Assembly (NCBI RefSeq): GCF_964355755.1
Contig: NC_092671.1
Location: 8,308,001-8,372,000, forward strand
Direction of reading: 5' to 3'
Length of the DNA: 64,000 bases
From: Antedon mediterranea
Taxonomy: Eukaryota; Animalia; Echinodermata
A model generated the notes under the pieces. The model made no database searches. It worked only from the letters and a program-made list of their open reading frames with translations, and had not been told where the DNA came from. The translations under genes and the position numbers were made by a program. How positions within the stretch are numbered: the stretch's first letter is position 1; each line of letters begins with the position of its first letter. Shown in pieces: positions 54,000 through 64,000 of this stretch.

Positions 54000-54649
54000 G
54001 AAATGCTCAGTATGGTGGTGATCGACAAGGTGGTGGGCAAGCGAATCATAACGGCCAACAATCCAGTATGAACAGCATTACTCATAATCACACATACAGC
54101 AATATGAGTTCACGAAACGGTAGTATGAACGGTAACAGCAGTAAAAAGAGCCACCATCAAAAGCATAACCACGATATGGGATCAAGATTCTCGCGCGACG
54201 AGAAGCGAGCGAAGCAACTAAAGATACCGATTCCCATAGAGAAGATAATCGACCTACCGGTGGACCAGTTCAATGAACTCCTGAAGAAGTTTGAACTGAC
54301 CGACCCACAGTTGGCGCTAGTCCGAGACATCCGTCGCAGAGGTAAAAACAAAGTTGCCGCTCAGAACTGCAGAAAGAGAAAAATAGACGCGATATACACG
54401 ATAGAAGAAGAGATTGATCTTTTAAAAGCAGAAAAAGACGAGTTATTAAAGGAACGAGGGAACATCGATAAAGAATCATTGGACATGCGAGACCGATACA
54501 CGCAGCTTTACCGTGAAGTATTTCAGAGTCTGTGCGATGATCATGGCGATCCTGTCAACCCAAATAACTTCTCTCTTCAACAAATGCCAGATGGTTCCGT
54601 CTATTTAGTACCAAGAAACTCAACCTTACCAGAGGACGACAAAGAATAA
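54000..54649 (+). CDS. NFE2L1: CNC-bZIP terminal exon: HNHTY motif, CNC domain, basic region, leucine zipper, Neh3 (VYLVPR)
   Basis: TTATAG acceptor in phase 1. SRDEKRAKQLKIP...LVRDIRRRGKNKVAAQNCRKRK is diagnostic of the CNC-bZIP family. TAA stop at 54647-54649; AATAAA at about 54668. Confidence 0.97.
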
Positions 54650-55744
54650 CAAGTTAATGTCAAAGAGAATAAAAACAATTTTGTTTTATTCATTCGCTCA
54701 GGTAGAAATTTTAGATCTATGTCTATCACTCTTTTTCGTTAAACATGATCTCATCGTATAGACTTCTCATAAACATAAATTATTTAAAACAAAAACTGTG
54801 CAGTATAGAGCTTTCATTACAGAGATAAATCTGATTATAAAACTTTTTTTTATTCAATGTAAAAAGCTGTAAATATTGAAAATAGATTTATGGTTGATAT
54901 ATTAGGTTAAACATGGTACAGGACTTTGTTTTTGTTACAAATAATTTTTTTTTTCTATTGTAATATTAAAATTTAGTCTTTCTGTTGATTTATCTTTAAG
55001 CTGATTCTCTAGTATGTTTTGTCATCGCTTAAACCGATAATGTAGGGAAAAAAATAACCCAAGCCGTGGGCTTTCGGGATTTCTAGACAATCTTGGCTTT
55101 TAGATTAATTAGTTTTCTACCACAACTTAACATGGAGTAGTTCTCCAAGAATTAAATTTGGTAGTATGGACTTTGCTTAGCAGAATAGAGATATGAATGT
55201 TGTAACACTATTAATGATAATCTAATTATATTATGAAATATATCGCATTTTTGTACTATATGTTCTAGTAGTGAGCCAAACTGTGTAAATATTGATGGAA
55301 AATTAATGGCTAGAGAATGTAATGTGTGAGTGATGGAGAGTCGCGTGTGCATTTTTGAAAATCAGAAAGTATGTTTTGAACAATAACTTTCTATATATTT
55401 GTATAAATTGTAAATATTAAGTTTGTACAGTCATGCTTTTGGAAAAATACACTAAAAGAACTTATTTTGCTTGACTTGGAAGCAACTAATTTTAAGTAAT
55501 GAAACAGAAAAATAAAAGGAAAAACATAAATACAGTATTGTTTTCCGTTTTTATTTGCATAATTCTCTCTTTGACTTAGAGCATAATATATGGCTGGGAT
55601 CATGGACATAGAGATTTCAATTTTCGACAACCTATGACGTCATGTTAATTATTTTGCACATTTGTTTGGTTTGGCAATTTTGTGCCGGTCGTCGTCGGAC
55701 CTAATTTCGTCAATGGTCCAGGTGACGGTATTAGATTCTGTAAA

Positions 55745-55890
55745 AGCGTGTTTCCAACTTTCGTTGCGTAGACGCAACGAAAGCGAGTTGACCAATGACA
55801 AGCGACAGTTCGAGTAATCCATAGCTTGTGATTGGTCAAATCACTTTCGTTGCGTTAACGTTCTTGCGTTACGTCTGGTGAGAACAAGGC
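55745..55890. mobile_element. MITE family B copy downstream of the Nrf gene
   Basis: GTTGACCAATGACAAGCGACAGTTCGAGTAATCCATAGCTTGTGATTGGTCAA core. A further fragment lies at about 56015-56090. Confidence 0.7.
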
Positions 55891-57066
55891 ATATTGAATT
55901 AATGCCTAATTTACGTAAGTCGTGGGTCGTCGCAAACTGAAAGCTCTTTAAAGTATAGGCCTACATTTGATTTTGCAGATTGAAGATTGGAACATAGCCT
56001 ATTGTACGTAAAGACGACGTACGCAAGGACGTAAGCGCAATGCAAGCAAACTGTCGCTTTTGATTGGTCAACTCGGTTACGTTGCGTTGCTTTACCGATT
56101 TGGAATAAAATGTATACAGTATACTGTTATAATTCCAGTGATACAGTATAAAAATGTCCGATTATTGTGTAATTCTAGTGATACCAGTACAGTATAAAAA
56201 ACTTAAAGAATTGAGTAGGATCATGGACAAATAAAATAATTAATATCCGAAAAGCAGCTTCTATGAAACAATTGTCTTAATTTATTATATTCATCACGTA
56301 TTTTTTACCTGTACCTGTTGATAATGTCACCTGGTGAGGTGTAATGTGGGTGTAAAGGAAAAAGGGTTATGATTAGGCTAATACTTAACCTGGCGGATCT
56401 ACACCATGTTTGATATTTTTTAACTTTACATATAAACTATCCATCGTATATAAACGAGTAAAAAATAAATAAACCGCTCAGATCTGAACAATTTTACCTT
56501 AGAATTGGTTAAATATTTCTACTTTACTGTGACAGTCCTGATCTAATAGGCCTACTAATACAGTATTAATAATTATTAACGTAATCATACAGTGCAGTTG
56601 TACATCTTATTTGTTCTCAATTTGATAACGTTTATTAAAAAATAATTTATCGCATAATATTGTTATAACCGTTTGTACACAAGGGGTCGTTTGATTCACC
56701 TATCAATCAATCACTAATTATTCAATCAATCATACAAACAACGGTATTGTTACATAAATAAATGTCAACAAGGATTAAATAAATATTATACAAAAGCTAG
56801 AATTAGGATGATACTGAGTGATTACTGATTACTAATCCGCTAAGTGATGTCATTCTAATTAAAGTGCATTGTTTTGTGTAACCTTGTGTACTCGCTTACA
56901 TGTCATTTTACCTGCTGCTAGTTTATCTAATATTCCAGGAAATGAGGTAAGAGCCGTTAAGAGGTATTGTATAGCTCTATGGTGTTCGATCCTGAATTTT
57001 AGGTTTTATTTAGGCCTACTTTCATTTGGTGAGTGTGTGACCACGGAGGAGGTTAAACCATAGAGG

Positions 57067-57800
57067 AACAAGGCCAACAGCCATTAAGTCGCGTGCTACA
57101 ATGCATAGTGATACCGGACCGACAGACAGACCGACAGACAGACAGACAGAGAGACCGACCGACCGACATAGTGAACTATACTGACCGAAATTACTGAACA
57201 TGTTTAAAAATGTTGAAATGTTTAAAAACATTTATTTTTTTTTAATTTACACGTGCGTAGCCTGTCACTTTCGACGTGCTCGTATAACGTAATTTCGAGT
57301 TGAAAAGTAAGTCAAGAAAACAGAAATCGGGCAAAAAGAGTGCGCAATAACATTTAACGCGCAGTGCGCGCGCAAAAATATGCGCACTCATGGCAATTTT
57401 GTAAACGCTTAAAATTGCCTGAAATGTACTCTTATTTCATCGAAAATAAATTTTGAAAATGTTAAGCGCGCGTACGCATGCGTTACATGCGCTACGCACG
57501 TAATTGTATTGCCATATGATGATTTATGCCCTGAAATTTATGAGTACTAAATTTTATTTAATTGTGATTCATGGTTGTGAAGATATGATTACAAACGTGA
57601 TTTCGTTAAATCGTGCGTAGACCGCGTAATTTTTTATTGCGCACCGTGAAAACATAACCACATTGATTCCTGGCCATAAGGAATATACTGTGAAAAATTG
57701 ACCTAGCTAGATTAAACTGATATCAAGATAAGGTCAGAAAGCGATAAAACGCATAGTGATACCGGACCGACAGACAGACAGACAGACCGACAGACAGACC

Positions 57801-57831
<31 letters not shown>

Positions 57832-57880
57832 CGACCGACCGACATAGTGAACTATAGAGTCGCTTCCACGCGACTAAAAA
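57067..57880 (-). mobile_element. Helentron-associated / DINE-1-like non-autonomous element with GACA/GACC microsatellite
   Basis: Terminal hairpin AGTCGCTTCCACGCGACT next to an A-run, subterminal inverted AGTCGCGTG at the other end, and two microsatellite blocks. Related copies at 60099 and 22874. Confidence 0.65.
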
Positions 57881-60098
57881 CTGTATATTTACTCCATGGT
57901 TAAACAATGTGACAATTAAACTGACGTCTAAAATGAATTGAGTATAAATAAAACCATAACAACCGTTAGGGGCGCTATTTCCCTGCACAGTGCATTCTCA
58001 ACATAAGCTATTACAGTATACATAGTTTTTTTCACATTTTTGTACGCTTAGGCCTATATATTTTTTTTCTTCAACTTTACCGCATACAAATACACAATGA
58101 GACCCACTTTTGTTTGTATGCCCAACTCGCTAATTTTTTTTTCCTTCATTAATACATTGTTTTTATTTCTTAAATTATAGGCCTAGGCCAAACTTACATG
58201 ATGATTTAAATAAGACCGGGTGACTTCGATAGTATTAACACGGGCCTATTGACTGGTCTTTGCTGTGCCTTTTTAACAATTAATACTTATTATAAACGAT
58301 GGTTACCGAAATGACTATATTACAATATTGTTAATTGTTTGCATGGCGAATAAACACCAAATTTACCGCGAACTAGATAGACCTGAAAATGTTCTTGATG
58401 AAATTATCATCCCAACCGAATTCAAATATATACAAAGCCTAGAAGAGTGAGATTTAGACTGGAGTAAAACATTATTCTCCATGCTTAAAAGAAATTGTGC
58501 CTCCTTCATAATATTGTTTTATTTATTTTAAAGATGGAATTTTTTTTATTGTTTTAACTACCTTACTTCTCGTTATGAATTTTTGTATTGTATTATTTAT
58601 ATTTTGTATATTATTATTATTATGAAGGAAATAAATGTTACTATGAAATGAAATTAAATGAAAAGTTCGCTGTTTGTCCATGTTGGTAGAGTGATAACAG
58701 TAAAAAATCCAATAACATTTGAATACATCACGGTAAACAGATTAAATATATCTTTTGCAACCTTGATTGATATATAATAATAACAATACAATACAAGGTT
58801 GGTCACCCCACTATTATTCCACCACATACCATGAATTTATTTACGGCAACGGGAACAATTACTTTGATTCACATCCAGCGCCCATTATAATCATACTTAC
58901 GGCAATCAATGCATGAACTAAACTATACAATAACGTCATTGCTCACCGAGTTGTAAAATCAATTCACAAAACATATATAATCGTAAGGAACTAGTTTTGA
59001 AAAGTTAGGTCAACACCGGTAAGGATTGTACCAGACTCCAGTTGTGTAAATACAATAACTAGACCTACTTAGTACAAAAGCCGGGTCTCAGAATCTACAA
59101 ACGTGGATGGGTGATTCATAGGCGCATGGTAAGCGAAGGCCCTCCCTATAAGTTATACAAACTGGTAACTTGCCAAATATTAATATCAATACTTAAACTT
59201 GTATATATATTAGCAGGTAAGATATGGTATTAATAGCGTATGATAACAATGCTGAAAATAAGGACAAAAATAACACTTTTTAAATAAAAAAAAACAAGGT
59301 ACGCTTAAAACAAAAGTGGTTGCTCGACAATTTGTTTTTTTTAACCTTGCAGATGAACTGAAACGGCGGAATTAACCGGGAAAGTCCCAAATATTTGAAA
59401 AGAAAATCGTATTCAGTATTTTATATTAATTTACATGCATTTGAATAATGTAAAGTCAACAAGGAACAATCGACACATGTAATCAAAACATATTCACGTC
59501 ATTTTGTCAATTCCGGTCACTAGTAACGTATACATTTGTTTAAAAAAAACCTCACTCCCTCCGAATTTTTTTTAAAAGGACGATCAATAACTTTTTTACG
59601 TGGACTTATATATGTTTATGTATAACAACAACCACATACACTGTACATCGTAGATGAAAAAAGACGATTAGGATTGGTTTCGTAAAGTAGTAAGCCTAAA
59701 TGGAGTTTGTAACCGAGGAGCATGTACTTAATGTTTTCATAAAAATGTTTATTCGAATGTATAAGGGTTGTAAAACACGTTAAATTATTATTTTATTTTT
59801 TATAACGTAATTTTGGAATTTATTATGTAAGTTGATTCTCAACTCATACACAGTTTCCTCTATAATATTTAGTTGCTACTGCACGAACGTTGAAAGAATC
59901 GATAACTTCTTTATTTTTTGCTGATAAACTATGCGGTGTTACCGAATGAAAAAAACACAGTAGTATTCTTCCATTAGACATTTCCTTAGCACATCCATAT
60001 TAAAGTAAGAGTTCACGCCTAAAATTGTTTTGAAGAAAAAAATGCTGACATCATAACATTTCCAAAAACAGCGTAGGCCTACAACTTATTTTAATAAA

Positions 60099-60210
60099 AA
60101 CAAGGCCAACAGCCATAAGTCGCGTGCTAAAACACATAGTGATACCGGACTGACAGACAGACCGACAGACAGACCGACAGACCGACATAGTGAACTATAG
60201 AGTCTAAAAA
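60099..60210 (-). mobile_element. Short copy of the DINE-1/HINE-like family
   Basis: AACAAGGCCAACAGCCATAAGTCGCGTGCT...CATAGTGATACCGGAC(GACA)n..CATAGTGAACTATAGAGTC, the same motifs as the 57067 copy. Confidence 0.7.
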
Positions 60211-60854
60211 GTATTAGGAGTTTTTTTCTTTCTTTATTTCATCATACACATTCATAAACATACACAAATAAGCATGAGGGTATAGTACAAAGAGAGGGAA
60301 AAGAATGGAAAGGGGGAATCATTGTGGTTTTGCCAGTGTCCAATTACTCTGGTCGTCAATGACTGCATAAACCACAAGCGCTTCAGCTTCACGGTTTTCT
60401 GGGAAAATCAGTAACTTGCAAATTTTGGAACACGAACGTCCGCCAGGAATGTTTTTGCACACTTGAGTGCAAAGCGAGGAGAGAGAAGCAGAAGCATAGC
60501 TAGCTAGAGTATGCATGTTGTATTTTCTTTAATTGAAGAAGAAAATTACATTGGAAAATTACTGATTTGTATATCAATACGAGTCGATACTTTCCATGTA
60601 TTGTCATTTGCATTGTTTGTTTTTATTGTTTCTCAAATACACGTCATAACATTTACAATGAAAGAACACAATTACACTAAAAACAAAGCGGGCAGAAAGA
60701 GGCTATAAGTAGTTTCGAGACCGACTTTAAGTAATGGCCACCAGAGTAAAATAAACAATATATATACAATATTTATATAAATCCAAAGGCAAAATACTGA
60801 AAAAATGACAATGCTGTGGGTATCAGTGGCTGTGGATGTAAAACAGCCAGAAAA

Positions 60855-60899
60855 GTTATCAGAGCTTTCGAGCAACACTAGCCCTTCATCAGTGCAAGT
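60855..60899 (-). ncRNA. Candidate minimal hammerhead ribozyme (Penelope/retrozyme type)
   Basis: Minus strand: GCA CUGAUGA A GGGC UAGUGUU GCUC GAAA GCUC UG. It has the conserved CUGAUGA and GAAA boxes, a 4-bp stem II, a palindromic AGCU helix III and a UC cleavage site, but stem I is weak. Confidence 0.45.
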
Positions 60900-62420
60900 A
60901 AAGGTACTTGGACAAGATAGACATACAATATTTATATAAATAGGCCTACAAGTACATAGGGTATACATATAACAGGAAGGAAACTGATTCCCTCGATAAA
61001 GAGCAATTGGGGAGCCACGGGCCACTACAGTAGTTAAACAAGTCCTCAAAGTGTCTATCTTATTGGAGTACAAATACTTTTAATTTTAATTGGAGTTAAG
61101 TATATTCAGTGCTTGACCATGCACCTTTAAAATACCGGTAGCCCATAATACTAAAATAAATATCGTAAAGAAATATGATAACATCAAACTTGGCGTCATG
61201 TGTACGTGATATTAATTTGGAAATATGAATTTAACGTCATTATTAAAAGGGTGCAATTGTAAAGGTGTGTTTTAACTAAAAGTGCGTAAGTAATCGTCTT
61301 CCGCTTTCACCTTTTGACATTTACAACACGGCACCATGTTTGGTAGTGGATGTGCTCTATCGAATATGTATTGACGTTAAAAACAATAATGACAATGTCG
61401 GTACCTGAAAGTGACATAAATAGAACTAATCTTAATCTAGGGTTATCGGTCCAAGATTTCCTTTCTTGATTTTGAATTGGCGGGTCATTTCATTTATGGC
61501 AGGGAGAGTAGGGTTATTGTTGCGACATGGGCAAGTCTAATGATGGCTTGTTTTGTCCATTCAGGGTCCCTTTATAGTCCCTATCGCGAAACGAGAAATC
61601 ATTGCAATAGCACACAAAAGAATAAAGATTCACTTATTAAACATACACTGAACATCTTTAGGTTGAATATTATTAATAACAGGGTGTCATCAAGACCGTC
61701 TTACAACTCTATTAAAACCGCCATTACAGAATCTGAAAAAGTTTCATATAATTGTTTTTGCAAATTTTAGCTAGGGGAATGTTAATAAATCAACAGCCCA
61801 TCATTTGACGGTTAATATTTAAGTATTATAAACAGTTAAATTAGTTTTGAAATGCATCATTATATAATTATAATAATATATGTAATCAACATTACGTAAC
61901 CGTCAATACTAATAATATATACTACTAGTTATTATTCCTTAACCTAGTACTTAATCGATAATCCATTCATATACCTGATATACTATAGATTCGGAGACAC
62001 CAATATTATTAAAATGACCATTATATACCTATAAGATTTAAAATTCTAATTTGTAAGCAATTGAAGATTTGTTGCGTCTGACTTGGCCTTCGTTAAACAA
62101 ACGTTGCTTTGATTAAATATGACAATCTATTTCCCTTGTCCTTGTATTCGTGGGCAGCATTAGGTCAGTCCACTGTCTAATTTATATATACATTGCTATT
62201 AATAATATAATATTGAATAATCCATTATCGATAATACGGGCACCTTGAACAGAAGTAGAAAGAATGGTGAGTCTCTTTATTCTGAACACAAAGGGAGCGC
62301 ACACTATTACCTCACTATGTTATAGGACTAGACTGTTATGATGTCCGTTTACCTCGTTCTTTATCATGCTAATTATTGCCTCATTTAAATACAACTGTGT
62401 ATAAGTATAGGCCTACAATA

Positions 62421-63455
62421 GGGGGTCACGAAACCTAAGACCATGAAAGCTAAGACCCCCTAAGACCGAAGATCACGAAAGCTAAGACCCAAGACCTAAG
62501 ATTACAAATTCTAAGATATACTACAGCTTAAAAACAATACTTGTTTATCCATACATAATTTTAAACACAGTAGGTTTCATTTATTACCATAAATATAATT
62601 AAATACTACCGCAAAACATTGATAAACTCACATTATTTTCGCCCGTTGAGTAAATGTATATTTTTTTCTTTACAACAAACAAACTTGACGGGTTGTTTGT
62701 TGGTATATGTTTACTCCATTGTGTTGGTTCAGAAGATGTTTTTCTTACGCACCTGCCTTTCTTGTATTTTGACTCCAAATTTGTTGACTAACTTTATCCT
62801 GAATACCACACTTTAAAATTAGGATTTATAAGTACTTTCAGACGGAGAAACACATAAAAACAAATAAATAAATCCTTTAAATTGATGATTTTACAGACAT
62901 GTTTCCCAATGCTCAATGTTTTTGTTTCTATGGAGCGCCAAAAGAGCAACAATAATAGTACAAGTATAAAAACAGAAAGAAAACGAAACAAATCATGATT
63001 TTTAAATTAAAATTTATTTGCCAGTATTTATTTCTTCGTACTTGCATGATTATACTATTATCATTACAATTTTAATTTTACAGAGTTTTCAGCCCTGTAT
63101 ATAATTTTTGCTCTTTTAACGTTCCATAGAAACAAAAACATTGAACATGGTAGGCCTACTGCTACTGTACTAGACTGTAGGCTAGTCATGCGAAATTCGC
63201 AAACAGTTTGTGTGCGAGAAAAACGTCTGTAAAATCATCAATTTAAAAAAGTATTTGTTACTTTTTATGTGATTCTTTTTCATAAAAGTGCCAATTCTAA
63301 GTTGTGGTATTCAGAATAAATGTTGGGAGTTAAAATACAATTACAAGGCAGGTGCGAAAGATAAATATTTGTAATCTTAGGTCTTGGGTCTTAGCTTTCG
63401 TGATCTTAGGTCTTAGGGGGTCTTAGCTTTCGTGGTCTTAGGTTTCGTGACACCC
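62421..63455. mobile_element. Foldback/Mutator-like non-autonomous element
   Basis: About 90-bp modular TIRs (CTAAGA repeats), 10-bp TSD GCCTACAATA (62411-62420 and 63456-63465), and inverted similarity continuing through the interior. Confidence 0.85.
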
Positions 63456-63700
63456 GCCTACAATAGTCTCTCGTTGATTTCAGTTTTGATGATGAGACTA
63501 TATTATTCTTGAAAAACATGACGCTATTTTAAGGCACTTTTCCTGTTCATTAAATGCCTTATGATCTTGATTTTAACTACTGTTCCATTCAATGTCGGTC
63601 GTTATCTTAGTATTTGTTTAACCATGGAGGTATAAAAATATGTATACCTCCATGGTTTAACCATGTACTTATTTACAGTCAGCGAACTGGGAGATGTTAA

Positions 63701-63760
63701 TCGGGGATTGACCCGGGTCTTTCTGTGTGACAATTCAGTATCTTAACCATTCGAATACCG
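63701..63760 (-). pseudogene. Degenerate tRNA-like sequence (tRNA-Asp-like pseudogene or SINE head)
   Basis: Minus strand ..AATGGTTAAGAT..TTGTCACACAGAAAGACCCGGGTCAATCCCCGA resembles the tRNA-Asp(GTC) anticodon and T-arm, but the stems are broken. Confidence 0.3.
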
Positions 63761-64000
63761 CAAATCCGTTCCTTGATTAGAATAAATAAAACTTAATTCA
63801 AAAGTTAGAAATACACATGGAGAGAAAGAGAGAATCTAAAAAAAAAGTGAGAGGAGCAGAATGCAGACTCTTAACCTGCAAAATGAGGACGGCTGTCATC
63901 TGCAAAACTGGCAGAAATTCCGTATTCTTTATATACTTATTGGTAATGAGATCAAAGAGTCATAAGAGGTATTAGGAATGAAAGTGAAAGTCAGGAAACA

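Noticed and set aside
54157-54479. Antisense ORFs over the bZIP exon (also 51415-51847)
   Set aside because: Shadow ORFs of the real plus-strand coding exons.

Overview
This is AT-rich eukaryotic genomic DNA from an animal, probably an invertebrate deuterostome such as an echinoderm (inferred from protein motifs and repeat style). It holds two intron-containing genes in head-to-head orientation. On the minus strand are the first three coding exons of coatomer subunit zeta (COPZ) at 10405-10422, 2042-2110 and 1504-1585; the rest lies left of the window. On the plus strand is a complete CNC-bZIP gene of the Nrf1/Nrf2/CncC family, with shared exons 51645-52593, 53290-53424 and 54000-54649. The main observation is that this gene has at least two alternative, phase-compatible first coding exons. 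One is a short Nrf2-type exon (44725-44787, cytosolic form of about 598 aa). The other is a long Nrf1-type exon with an ER-targeting N-terminal domain (48790-49278, about 740 aa). A third candidate lies at 28686-28802. One locus therefore appears to encode both a Keap1-type oxidative-stress sensor and an ER/proteasome-stress sensor. The rest of the window is intronic or intergenic: several non-autonomous DNA transposon families, an 80-bp satellite with a 480-bp higher-order repeat, a candidate minimal hammerhead ribozyme, and strongly over-represented TA-flanked short words resembling transposon excision footprints. Most short ORFs in the supplied track are spurious. Protein comparisons are to vertebrate sequences recalled from memory, not tool alignments.
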